A DNA stretch of 63,881 nucleotides, the filler included, from Intoshia linei (Eukaryota; Animalia; Orthonectida): NCBI GenBank assembly GCA_001642005.1. It is 7 parts of 7 records of this genome, joined end to end, with 100 filler letters (N's around TTAATTAATTAA, not from the genome) between each part and the next. Parts side by side here need not be neighbours in the genome. Positions count along the whole stretch, not along the records: positions 27,459 to 34,852 come from LWCA01001560.1; positions 34,953 to 61,367 come from LWCA01000469.1; 5 more parts are not named here. The stretch is one strand, 5' to 3'. Positions within the stretch are counted from its first letter, which is position 1; every line of letters starts with the position of its first letter. The translations under genes were made by a program, and so were the position numbers. Under the pieces are notes generated by a model. That model did not search any database. It had not been told where the DNA came from and saw only the letters and a list, made by a program, of their open reading frames with translations. Shown here one piece after another: positions 27,490-39,997 of this stretch.

Positions 27490-27785
27490 AAAATAATTTG
27501 CTTTCTATCATATCAACTGGAATAAGCTCTATCAGAATAATTTTTTTTTTCAATTTTCAATTTTCAAACAGTTCATTATTTCACATTTTTTGTTTTTATA
27601 AAATGTTTCGAAAAAAAATATATTAATACTAAAATACTTTTTTGACCGTGAAGGTGTCATTTATTCGGATTAAAATTTTTTAAATTCTAGGGTTGTTTTC
27701 ATTAAAAAAAAAGGTTAATTTGTGGTTTTGGCCCTGAAGATATATTTTTTTTAAATTTAAATTTATGATAATGTTTATGATTTTG
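27490..27785 (-). mobile_element. Helitron family fragment, reverse orientation
   Basis: Reverse complement of 49590-49890 (tatatcaactggaataagctctatcagaataa..gccctgaagatata). Confidence 0.7.
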
Positions 27786-27829
27786 TTATGACTGATAAAT
27801 GTAAAAATTTGATAATGATTATGTAATAT

Positions 27830-28060
27830 TAATTAAAGATAATTTGTACATGCATTATAATTCAAATATACAGTTTAATATTCGAGAATCAACTTTGGAA
27901 TCCCTCAAATCTATGTCAAACGTGCCATTCGTCTATAATGAGATTTAAAAAGAGATTTGTGACAAATATAATATTGAAACATTCAGAAAGTGCGAATGAC
28001 TGCTATTTCTGTATTCTGAAAAAAAAGAAAACAAACAAATAAATTAAGCATTTACTTTTA
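27830..28060 (+). pseudogene. Chapaev3-like transposase N-terminal remnant
   Basis: Broken frames give ENQLWNPSNLCQTC and ESANDCYFC, resembling the WxPxxxCxxC...DCYFC zinc region of Chapaev3 transposases. Confidence 0.45.
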
Positions 28061-29317
28061 TCCGGCCACCATAAGTTCAAATTTATTAAATCCAATGGAA
28101 GTATATAATTTAGTTTCATCATCTCAGCCATTATCATCTTAAGAAACAGTTGTTTCAATGTATACTGATAAATTAAATGAAAAAAAATTAAATTTATTAA
28201 TATATTTTTTTTAAATATCAATAGCTAAAAATATCGAACTAAATCTTTTCCGTAAATCTGGATTTAGACACTAGAATGTATTGTTAAAAAATTTATTATA
28301 GCTCATATCAGATGTTCATCCTGTTAAAGTGCCTATCGTCAGTTAAATTTTTTTACACCTGTAATTTATTTAATATTTATTTCTTTTTAATTTAAATATG
28401 ATCATGTAATTATCCGCTATCAATTCCATATATATTGAAAAAAAAAATTTAAATATCTCATTATATACTATGATTAAATCAAAAATTAAGAAACTAAAAT
28501 TAATTGAAATAGTTTAGTTGCTATAATGTTGTCAATCATTATTTTTTGAAAGCGAACTGTAAAATTAAAAAGAGAAGTATCATATTGATCAGGAAAATTT
28601 CAGCTTTTTATTTGTCAGCTTAGTCATATAATAGTCAAATTCGTCAACAATATCTACTAATTTCAATTTCCAATAATTACTTTTAAATGTATTTGATATT
28701 TAATGAGATAGTCGTTGAACATATTTTATGATATTAAATTGCAATTCAACTAATATTAATGCAATGGAATAATTTAAATATAAATTACATATAAATGAAA
28801 TTGATATGTACAAAAGCATAAAATAGGTAAATCAATAAAACTGAAAATGTTTATATAGGATGTACTCGGAAGCAATTGAATTTAAACACGAAAATATAAT
28901 TCCAAATTGAATTAATTCACGTAATTTGGTTTATTTATTAACATATACAATACGTTTTGAAAGTGACATACAAACGAATAAAATTAATGGTATTTAATGT
29001 TTATCATAATGATATAATTACTGCAAATTTATGACAGTCCAATGTCCCTTTTACCATGAAAATCAAATATTGATTTCATTGTGAATTAATATTTTTAAAA
29101 TTTCCACAATGATATAAATTAGATCAAATTTATGATAGCATTAAATTTTAAATTTTGAGATCAACTTGTCCAATTTTTAATTAATTTTCATGCTAATTTA
29201 ATATAATTTCATTTGGGACATTATTTTTAGTGTATTTAATTATCAAAATTATATACATTACTATATATCTTATTTGTTTAATACATGTAACTATAAAAAG
29301 GGTAAACATAAAGCAAT

Positions 29318-32300
29318 ATGGTTTCTGATATCGGTAGTGAAATTATTCTGTACATGTGGAAAATCTTGGTAAATTGTACATTAAAATTTAAAATTTAAAA
29401 TTATCACTTATTACTGTAATTTGATTTAGATACCTGTCATTCTTATATTTGGGATTCCTGGGAACGTATTGACAATGATAATAACAGTTAGACCAGCATT
29501 TCTCAAATATAAAGCATCAGTTATTTTATTTCTTTTGGCTTTGTTTGATTTACTCACACTTATTTTTGAAACTATTCCAGAATATATTGAAATTGTTCAT
29601 GATTATGAAATTAAAGGCACAAGGTAAAGTATATTCTTATTAGAATTAATTAAAATCTTAGTACTCATTTATGCAAAGCGTCTAAAGTTGTTCACATTAC
29701 ATTTAGGTAAATTACATTTAATATAAACATTTTTATCGAAAATAAATGTATACATTACATACATGTAACTTATTAACAAATTAAAAACTAACCTATGGAA
29801 GGTGAACGAGTTAGCTCATCAAAAGACATTATAAATATTTTTTATGTTTAAGCGAAATTTAGAGAAAGTTAAAAAAGCTTACATTTTATTTTCTGTTTAA
29901 TTTATTCGTCGTTTCGGGGTTCATCGGTGAAATAAGTTCGTAATCACTATAATGTACCTAAATAGTAATAGTATGCATCATGGTGAATTTACGGCACAAG
30001 TGAGAAAACTATTTATTTTAGACCAGTTTGATAAAAATTATAATAAAATAATCCAATTCTGATTTTAACAAGAAAGCCAGTGGCCATTGGCCACTACCAA
30101 TAGTTTCTTATTAAATATATTGATAGTAAAGTGAACTTTTGTGTATTAATATGTAAGTATAACATGTTTATTATTTTAAATTTCTATAATATGAGTATTT
30201 AAAATTAAACTTTGTATTGTCTACTCTAAAATTAACATTTTAGATAAAAATTTAGTTACTATCCGAATGGTAATGAAATCAATGTCAACAAATCATAGTG
30301 ATACATTTTTTGTAAATCAAATCATACATTTAACATTTTTTTGTAAATAAATACAGTTAAGCCTTTCAAATTGAGATTATGTATTTAGTACAAACAGCAA
30401 CTAGCTCTGTAGAGAGCACATTTTTATTCTACCAAAAAAATAAATTCAATAAGAAAATCTAACTTGAAAATGATATATTCACTATTATCCATCCTTTCAA
30501 GGAGTGGTACCCAGACTTGTTTCACTTTATTTATATTGTTTCTATATATTTATATACTCAATTTTATTTTGTCAACCGCGAAAACCTCACTTTGTCAGAT
30601 TCACATTTTTTGTTTATTTTAATTCGATATAACTATATTATCTGTAATTTTTTTTAAATTCTAGGGTTGTTTTCATTTTTTAAAAAAAGTGTAATCTGGT
30701 ATTTTGATCGTGAAAATGTACTTTTTTGAGGTTGCCATTTATGATAATATTTATGATTCTAAAAACAATCCCAGAATTTATGTTATTTTATAAAAAATAG
30801 GGCAAACATTCATTTGAGCGATGTATTGTTGTAGCGACATAATCATATTATTGTTCTTTTTACTCAATTTTTAAAAATAATATTGGTGCCAAGATTTGGT
30901 AGGGTTTTTAAGGGAATATTTTTAAAATTACATGATGTATTTTCAAAATCTTTAAAAATTGGGTAAAAAAATATTCCCTTCAAAACCCTAAAAAAATTTT
31001 GCAGTTTGATCTGGGACGTATAATAAGATCAATTTCAATTTCCCATACTTACATCTTACGGGTCAAAAACCCAAATTTCCCCTCTTTTTGAAAATTTTTC
31101 TGTTCTATTGAATTTAAAAAACAGCAGAATTACATTAATTGGCGATCACTTATTATAAACGACACAAAAAAAAAAAATTATAAAAAATTAATAAATGTTT
31201 TAAAAGTTGAAAATTATGAGGTAAAATTTATTAAGAATTGTAATTTGTATGTAATTATTTATTCTTCAAAACACATTACTTACGAAATAATTGTATACTT
31301 ATTACAAAATATGTTATATTGCATATTTTCAAATGTTAGATCACACGCATAGATGTAGTATTAAAAATTTTCAAATTTAAGACTACACGCATGGGTTAAT
31401 TATGATGTCAAAGGGTTAATCGAAAATGATCAAATATTTTAATAATAATCCTAATTAACCGTTAATAAACTTTTAATTTCAACAATTTAATAATTTTTGT
31501 TTAATATTATATTGTACAATATAATAATATTCGTGAAGCTTTGAGGTGTAATTTTTTTCCAATAACTTGGCCATTTCAGAATTTTGTTTCAATTTGTTAT
31601 ATAACAATTTTTCACTTTTATAAACACTTTTCAATAGCAACTTTTTTATTCTTTTCTCAACCTAAATCGCAATACATTTTTTTGTACCGTTTTTCATTAT
31701 TACTATTATTATTTATATTATATATTATTATTCTTTTCTAAAAATAATTTTAAAGAGCTTATAATATTTTTTGTAGATAAATTACCGTCAAACATACACA
31801 AATTTTGGGTAAGTGTGGTTTTTCTTGTAAATTATATATATTATATATAAGAAAAAGACAACAATTAAAAAATAATCTTATTATAGTAACAACCCTAAAA
31901 AATCGTCATAAATAACATGAATTCAAGAAAAAATTAAATTTTAAATACCTGAAGTACTGCGTCTCTAAGGGGTTCACCGTTAAAGTAATGTATTGTTTCA
32001 AGAATTATTAAGGAGAAAACACCAATAAATCCAATTCCACAATATAAAATGCAAAAATTAACCAAACCATACGAGAAAACCCTGTTAATCAACTCTATAA
32101 GAAAAAATCCGATTTTACCAACCCGTAAGGGAAAATTCCCTTTTTCCAGTATTTTGTTAATTAATACGTCTACATTTAATTTTAACATTATAATTTAAAT
32201 AATGTAAACTTTTTAGTGACACTGCCATCGCTATCTTGTGTTTTTATACAATAGAAAGAACATATACCGTAATAAAATTAAATCATAAACTATTCGAAAA

Positions 32301-33628
32301 AAGAAAATCATACATTTTGGCAATATTAACCTTATTAACACTAGCATTTTTAAAAAATATTCCATTTTTATGGACTCGTGGTTATGAAGTTAGAAAAGAC
32401 AAATCAATAGATTATTGCGGTTACACCACGCCGTCGAGAAGAGACTATGAACTAATCATACGCCCATACATTGCTTTAGGTCTAATAACTATACTGCCTG
32501 TAATAATATTAGCTGTTGGAAACGGCTTAATAGTATACCATTTACGAAAGCACAAAAAAAATATGGTACATTTATTTAAAACAAATACAATATCACCCAA
32601 CATGTACAAAGAAGAAAGATCTCCATCATCCGATAATACAGCAATAATTATATCTACACCGAAACCACTAAAATCAAAGAAAAATAATGATATAACAGTT
32701 AAATTTAATGAACTTACCAAAATGTGTATTTTTGTTTCAATAATATTCATTATTTTGGTGTCTCCGAGTATGATTCTTTTGTTTTGTAAGTATTGAAATT
32801 TTAATATTAATCCAATGTCTAGTCAAAAGGTCATATGGGACTACTGTTGTGTATAAAGTGACAAAATCTATATTTGATATATTCAGACCAATCAACCATT
32901 CTGTCAATTTCATAGTCTATGTAGCGAGTGGTAAAAAGTTTAAAAAAGAAATTCGAGTCATGGTAATTATATTTTTATTAGCTTTTGTATACAGTATAAA
33001 TTTTATCTCGACAAAAAAATTATTAAGTGTAAATATTTTCTCAATTTCGAGTCGTATAATTTAAAATAAAGGAATAACTAAACGTTTTTTTAAGGATAAC
33101 TAAGATTTTTCTGTTAAAATTAGTATCAATTAATTTTTGGTTTGTAAAATTCAAAATGTCTAATACAAAGTGTATCTTTAGTAATAAATTTTCTAATAAT
33201 AAAAATAAAAAACATTAATATCACGGAAATAACTAACCACCCGACAGATACAACTTAAAATAAAAAACATTTAGTTTTGTAAACGAATGTACATTCAGCC
33301 AAACACTAAAACATCAAAATCTCCATATCCTACTTCAAATAATAAATATATTAATGATAAATCTGCAGAACCAATTTATAAAGTTTCAAATAAATATGCA
33401 ACAAAAAAACCAATTGCAATAATTATTGTCAATGATATCAAAGTTGAAGATTCATTATATGTATCAGATCACAGAATCTCTTTAAACACCATTAGAAATT
33501 CAAAAATTTTTTCATCCTTGAAACTTTTAAAAAAATCTAAGAATCTTAATTTGCAACGTTCAAAATCGGTCGATGAAAATAAAATGTCTGCATTTAATAA
33601 TAGTGATGATAATTTTAATTTTCAATGA
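29318..33628 (+). CDS. Class A (rhodopsin-like) GPCR, neuropeptide/FMRFamide-receptor-like, ~450 aa
   Basis: Exons 29318-29368, 29430-29623, 29662-29706, 32217-32785, 32823-32962, 33275-33628 (1353 nt, in frame). TM1 FGIPGN, TM2 LALFD, ECL1 Cys LCK, TM3 TIERT, TM5 LPVIILAVGN, TM6 VSP, TM7 INHSVNFIVY, helix 8 KFKKE. Confidence 0.88.
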
Positions 33629-34087
33629 AATATACATGTATAATAAAACTGTATAAACTTATGGTTTTTAAAAGTATCTTAATAGAGCCTTGCACCGCTC
33701 CACATTATCCGTTTCTGGTTTCTACAGAATATTGTATTGGTACACTCGCACTCATAAAGTGAATATCCAGTTTGGAATGCAAACTTCAAATTGACGCTAA
33801 TTACTTAAACAAACTTTTTACAAACATAAATTTTCTTATACATTCTTTTAGGTCACTGGAAATACGGCATCATAAAAAATAAATTTAACACAAAAATTGT
33901 GAGTTTTTTGATATTATTTAAATATCGTCTGAGTGCGAGAGTGTTAAGATGATTATGAATATATAAATGCTAAAAATCTACCACAGCCGAAACCACATAA
34001 GTTAATAACTCTTGGATCTCTTGGACATTAGTCTAATGTAGAATGTATTTTAATTAGTTTAGCTGTCAACTTTATTGATCATAAATT

Positions 34088-34367
34088 ATGTTAAAATTAT
34101 TTAAATGTGTGTATTTTAATTTTGGGTTAATTGGAAAGTTACAAGTTGTAAATCTGAGTAATTCTTCAAAAATATGGTTAAAACGTCAAAACAAAGATCC
34201 ATTTGTAATTAAAGCCAAACATGAAAATTACAGATGTCGCAGTGCATTCAAATTGGTGGAAATAATTGAAAAGTATAAAATTATTCGAGAAGGTGATTTT
34301 GTCATTGACTGTGGCGGTAGCCCTGGATCGTGGGCACAGGTTGCTGCACAATATAGTCACAGCACTG
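34088..34367 (+). CDS. MRM2: Mitochondrial rRNA methyltransferase 2 (FtsJ/RrmJ family), first exon only
   Basis: SSKIWLKRQNKDPFVIKAKHENYRCRSAFKLVEI..VIDCGGSPGSWAQVA, followed by a GT donor at 34368. Downstream exons were not found. Confidence 0.85.
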
Positions 34368-34409
34368 GTAATTTTTAATTATAAAATCTCAAAATGTGTC
34401 ACTATAAAA

Positions 34410-34852
34410 TAGGGGTTCTCAACGTGGCCCACAGAAAATTTTCAACATTAAAAAAAATTTGGTGTATTAAGCCAGAAAATTGCTAACCAAAACAAAATCT
34501 ATAAATGCATAATGAATTTGGAATTATGGTTTACAGATGTTCAAAACTTTGAACCAGATGATGAAACCAGTCCTGAACTAACTGAAAAACTCTTGGACTT
34601 AATGTAATTATTTTAAGTCTTAAAAGATTTGAAATTAGTAAGACGAATAGAAAAGAAAGGTGTATTTGGATATATGGGAATTCAAGAATCAAATCCAATT
34701 GTGTTTGATAATGTTCAACCAAGCGTTATTGATTTCCCTACCACATGGCTTGTAGAAGTTGGATTTTCAGCAGTGGTCGATATTTTTAGTAAGAGGTTAA
34801 AATTGGATGTGAACAACCGAGGAATAATGCGATTAAGATTGAATAAACTAAT
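34410..34852 (+). mobile_element. Deleted Buster/SCAND3-like hAT element
   Basis: TIR-like taggggttctcaacgtgg. C-terminal dimerisation motif FPTTWLVEVGFSAVVDIFSKRLKLDV..RGIMRLRL. Cut by the gap. Confidence 0.8.
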
Positions 34853-34952
34853 NNNNNNNNNNNNNNNNNNNNNNNNNNNNNNNNNNNNNNNNNNNNTTAA
34901 TTAATTAANNNNNNNNNNNNNNNNNNNNNNNNNNNNNNNNNNNNNNNNNNNN

Positions 34953-35230
34953 TACCATTCTTTTTAGTTTTGAGAAGCTTCTTTCAACGGAACAAGAGGT
35001 TGGTTGACATTTATTTATTCAACGTATATACTTGGTGGGATGGTATTTCTCGAAGGGTGCATAATTTCATATAAGTTTGTGTTTTTAATTCTTTTCTGAA
35101 TATACTTTTCTATGAAATAATCGTCATTTCCAAATTTTAATTCAGTTAAAGTTTTATAAACTTGACTAATTGTATATTTGCTAGATTCCATTAAGTCAAT
35201 CACTTTCACCAAACATCCATATTGCTCCTA
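34953..35230 (-). pseudogene. hAT-like transposase C-terminal fragment
   Basis: ..MESSKYTISQVYKTL..FGND..YIQKR.. then a frameshift to CQPTSCSVERSFSKLKRM (hATC-type motif). Confidence 0.65.
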
Positions 35231-35529
35231 TTAAATTGTTAATATAATCATATACATTATCATCATCTTACATCAACATCTTGTGCGAGTGCTCAGTCTT
35301 CTCAACCTTTTTTCATTAAGACGATCAGATAAAAAATGTATCCATTTTATGTGTTTGATATGTAGTTTTCATTTTTGTGCTCAGCACACAAAATTTTGTA
35401 GGGCGCCCTATCGTAGCCTTTGAAAAACATTTTTTAGATAACTGAAAAAATTGGAATAAGTGTGGTGAAAAACTTTATTTTGATCCGTGTCAGATTTCAA
35501 AATTGCGGATAGAAAGATAAAATCGCATA

Positions 35530-37886
35530 TCCTAACTTATATATAAAGTTACTCTTAGAATTTTTTAAAGACCATATTTTAATTACAGTTTTTTCCGGGA
35601 CGTATAATAAGATAAATTTCAACCTCCCAATTTTACATCTTACAGGTCAAACCCTGTTGTCTCTCTTTTTGAAGAGCAAACGAGTTGGAGAATTTAAAAA
35701 AATATAGCCTGTTGTCCCTTTTTTTGAAAATCAAACGAGTTTGAGAATTTAAAAAAATATATATGCTGATGTGGATTTTAAAATCATAAACATTATTATA
35801 AATTTAAATTTAAAAAAATTATATCTTCAGGGCTAAAACCCCAAATTACCCTTCTTTTTTTATGAAAACAGCCCTAGAATTTCAAAAAATTTACAGGTGG
35901 TAGAGTTGTATCCTGTTAACACACATAAAAAATTTGAATCCGAATAAGTGATGACTTTACGGTCAAAAAAGCAATTTAGTATTCATATTTTTTTTTTCCG
36001 AAATATTTTATTAAAACAAAAAATGTGAAATAATTAACAGTCCGAAAATTAAAAAAAAAGATTATTCTGATAGAGATTATTCCAGTTGATATAAAGACAA
36101 AATTTCAACCCCAGAGATCTACGCATTCCCGGTGAAAAATAATTTTTAATATATTATCAACCAATATTTTTTAAATATTTCGATTAAAATTAAAAATTGA
36201 AAATGTAAATATTGATTCTATAATTTCAAAAAAATGTGCATTGTACGTCTACACATTTCCAATAAAGATATATGCGTGAAAATCTATATAATTTATTCCT
36301 TCGGAATTTTTTTCATTGCTACGCAATTTTTAATTTTAATTTTTAAAACATATTGCATAAACTTTAACATAACACTACAGCAATGTATTTATAAAATTAA
36401 ATTTATACTAACTTTTTAAATAATTAATTTAATTAGTATCATCACCTGGAAAAAAATAAATAACAATTATATGATGTACGGCAGTGCTTTTCAACCGGTG
36501 TGTCGCCAAACTTTTTAAAATTTATAAAATATTAACAATAATAATGTAAATATTATAGTGTGATCAAATTAGTCATCAAATTCAAGATTTTTCTCTATTA
36601 TATGTGAAGAGATGGGAACTCCATATTCTAATCTTATACATTGTGATGTTGGTTGGCTTTCTATGTGATGTGTCCTTTCTCGTGTATACGTATTGAGAGA
36701 AATGATGCTGGTACTTTTTAAAGATAATGGACAAAGTGAATTTAGTATATTAATCGAAAATCAACTTTGGTGTACTAAATTGGTTTATCTCTCTGATATT
36801 TTTGATCATCTCAATAAAGTAAATGCAAGTATGCAAGGGAAAGAAGAAAATATATTAACTTCAGTTGATAAAAATCATTCCCTAAAAGAGAAGTTGGGGG
36901 TCTGGAAAAGGCATATAATAGAAAAAAATTTTTCCATGTTTATAGAAACCAATGAATGTAATTTGAAATATAGTATAACTTCTTTAATTGTCGATCATTT
37001 AAGGATCTACAAGGTAAATTGCACCATTATTTTCCCAATATTGATACAAAGGATTATGACTGGATTAGATCCCATCCATCTTAATACCAAAAAATGTTAT
37101 TCTTATTGAGGAAGAAGAATTAATAGATATTACAAATGACAGAAGGTTATCATCTATGTATAATAACGTACAGCTCAGCAGTTTTTGGATAAATGCCTCG
37201 AAAATATACTCTACTGTAGCTAAGGAAGCATTAAAAATACTTTTACAGTTTTCAAGCACATAGATATGTGAAATTTCATTTTCTGCGATGTTACTAATTA
37301 AATCTTACAAACGAGGAAGCTTGAATATGTTGGATGACGAATTGCGAGTATCATTAACACAAATAACTCTTAATATTAAAAGAATATGTTCATCCAAACA
37401 ATCACAAATCTCTCATTAATTTTATAATTTATTTCATTAATTTATTAGATATAAACATTTATATTATACATGTATTTGAAATGATCTCATTATTTTTGTA
37501 TTTGTTCATTTTTATTCACACTTCTTTCAATTTATACATTTTTTTTAAACACATTACATATATAATTATTTTTAATCGATAGTGAAACAATACTTTTATA
37601 TCATTTATTTTGAGATCATTATTAGAAAAAATTTCGTTTTAACGGATCAATAGTATATTTTTAGATTGGTGTGTCGCAAAAACTTTTCAGATTGAAATGT
37701 GTGTCACCAACCAAAATAGGTTGGAAAGCACTGATGTACGGTAATACATTTTTGGTAGTCTTATTTTAATGGGTTCGTAAAAGTGATTTGAACCATAATA
37801 GATTTAATTTTTAATGATAAAATTAAAATGTCCGTCCTCGGCAGAGATTGGTGCTGTTTGTACATAGTACAAACCAGCCAAGCTAG
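35530..37886 (+). mobile_element. Helitron family copy carrying a nested hAT element
   Basis: a|TCCTAACTTATATATAA 5' end. 3' hairpin GTTTGTAC-ata-GTACAAAC, then CTAG|t at 37883-37886. Internal ~60-bp duplication at 35655-35760. Confidence 0.8.
36482..37733 (+). mobile_element. Internally deleted Buster-type hAT transposon
   Basis: TIRs CAGTGCTTTTCAACC / GGTTGGAAAGCACTG (14/15). Perfect TSD ATGTACGG (36474-36481, 37734-37741). Decayed transposase C-half (LVYLSDIFDHLNKVNASMQG..FW..CEISFSAM..SH* at 37419). Confidence 0.93.
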
Positions 37887-37993
37887 TGATTATTATAATT
37901 ATCTTTAATTGTATGGTTTATACTTATTCTTCTTTATATCTGAAGAATCTCACTTTGATCATACTTCTGTAAATTTTAATTATACAAGTTTAG

Positions 37994-38137
37994 GTTGATG
38001 ATGGATGGAGAGCAGAGTCTGTTGATGTTTTTATGGGTTTATTATCTAAAAAAGAATTCCTTAAGGAATCATTTCAATCAGATAACCTTGAAAATGAAAT
38101 ATTTTGGAAAAATTACTTACCTTTCGATTTATATTGA
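37994..38137 (+). CDS. Probable terminal exon of an unidentified gene
   Basis: tttag acceptor followed by an open frame VDDGWRAESVDVFMGLLSKKEFLKESFQSDNLENEIFWKNYLPFDLY*, GC-richer than its flanks. No upstream exons were identified. Confidence 0.35.
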   Translation, partial: VDDGWRAESVDVFMGLLSKKEFLKESFQSDNLENEIFWKNYLPFDLY

Positions 38138-38487
38138 AATCAACATATTTTGTTATACAATATTGTAAATTTGTATTAAAATGTTTATCTCCAATTATAC
38201 AATATAGTTAAGAGTTTAATAACCTATAATAATAAATTGAGTTTAGAGTTCAAGGATCTTACAATAATTTAAAAATTTTAGTTATTTTTCCATGAAATTT
38301 ACATAATTTCTAACAATTTTTGTAAAGAACAATGATAATTATAATTGATAAATTCAAAACTTTAAAAATTTTTTATTTAGGGTAAAGGTTCAGGTCGATA
38401 TTTAACCTTAAACGACTAAAAAAAGTAATTATTCAGTTATTCCTTCATTTGAGCTTCAGTTCATGTAAAATTACAAAAAACTTAGAC

Positions 38488-38832
38488 CAGAGTTTTCCAA
38501 AAGGACCAGTTCTGGTTCGTGAAAAATTTTTACCGGTCCACGAAACAATTTTAACTAATTAAAAGTCAATTTATTACGTTTTTTATCCAATTTATTGTAA
38601 TTTTGACTAGTACAGTAATATCTCGATTTAGTCACGTTCGATTACTTAAATTTTAGTTTATTTAGAAACAATTTTAAGCCAAAAATATTTTTTGCAATCA
38701 TAGATATGTAATTTTGACTTTACATTTAACTCCAAATAAACTAAAATTGAAGTAATCGAACGTGACTAAATCGAGATATTACTGTAATTTCACTTTAATG
38801 GTCCGCCGTGAAAAAAGTGTGAGAACCCCCTG
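38488..38832. mobile_element. hAT-type MITE hosting a nested MITE
   Basis: CAGAGTTTTCCAAA...GTGAGAACCCCCTG. Flanks acttagac/actgggac (6/8). Subterminal ggtcc motifs. Confidence 0.6.
38613..38784. mobile_element. 172-bp Tc1/mariner-pogo-type MITE
   Basis: 54-bp TIRs, first 35 bp perfect (CAGTAATATCTCGATTTAGTCACGTTCGATTACTT), flanked by TA on both sides. Confidence 0.9.
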
Positions 38833-39336
38833 ACTGGGACTTATTGTAACTGACCAAATCGATTTTTTTAAAAAAATACATGGTAACCTGAATTTAGTTT
38901 TGACTAACAAAATTTATCGATAGGATAAATCAGAACCAGATCTATCGTGCTCGAGGTATCGAAAATTAAAAATATACCCTAACAATTTTATTTCGTCATA
39001 ACGTGGCATGAGTGAGTAAATTAAATTTATTTAAACTTCATTTCAACAAATGCACTTGAGTTGTAAAAACCTATTTATCAACAACCTCTAGCTCTTTATT
39101 ATCATTCTGATTTATAGTTTTATTTTTTTTTTTTAATTTTTTGTTTGTTGCGTTTTTCTTATTTTTTTCTAAATATATAATTTAATAAACTATAACAGTG
39201 ATTCTCAAATTCTTAAACTGGGCGCGTGAACCTTAGGGAGCGTTTGATAAATTGAATATTTATATCAATTTTTTTTCATTTCGTTTTTTTATAATGAAAT
39301 TTTCTCATCATTATGTCATCATTATGTTGAACCGTA

Positions 39337-39997
39337 TGGCAAACATTCAGTTGAGTGATGTATTGTTAGAGCGATATATCTTAGAGAGACATAATCATCG
39401 ATTTTGTTAATTAATCATAATATTTATTTTTTGACAATATTTTTATGGTTCCTTCAAGGTTTCTTTTATGATAATGACCTAAATTTTGTAAAGTTTTTAA
39501 GGGATTATTTTTTTCTACCATTTTTAAAAGATTTTGAAGGTATTGTTAGAACCAAAAATTTGTGGGGTTTTTAATGCAAGTTTTTTTACTTAATTTTTAT
39601 AAATTTTGGAGACTATTTTGGGACCAAAATTTTTTAGGGTTTTGAATACAATAGATATTTGTAGAATATTTTTAACGTTTTATAGGATCTTGAAAATCTT
39701 TAGAAATTGGTCGAAAAAAATGTACCCTTAAATCTATTAAGCCTTAAATTAACCTTACCAAATATTTGGATCAAAATTATCTTCAAAATTATCTTCAAAA
39801 TCTTTAAAAAATGGTAGAAAAAAATCCCCTTAAAAACCCAACAAAATATGATACAAAAATAATAAAAATATGAATAAAAAAAACCACTAAAAATTCGTGA
39901 AAAAATCAATGATATGATAATTTAGTAAAATCGATGATTTAATGTATGTCGCTTAAAGAATACATCGCTCAAGTCAATGTCTTTCCAGAGAATGGAC
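39337..39997. mobile_element. Foldback-like element with internal ~74-bp repeats in inverted arms
   Basis: Imperfect long TIRs (ggcaaacattcagttgagtgatgtattg..agcgata / tgtcgct..aatacatcgctcaagtcaatgtctttcc). 11-bp direct repeat GTTGAACCGTA at 39326-39336 and 39998-40008. A related left end lies at ~30800. Confidence 0.6.

Noticed and set aside
31380-31420. GGG-TTAA ends suggesting piggyBac (also TTAA-CCC at 24262 and 50602)
   Set aside because: No matched TIR pair could be established.
31660-32188. Possible antisense gene nested in GPCR intron 3 (hydrophobic 84-aa ORF with a CAG|GT donor and nearby GT-AG pairs)
   Set aside because: Splicing 31949 to the 31894 acceptor hits a stop after 9 codons. 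No phase-consistent model or recognisable homology.
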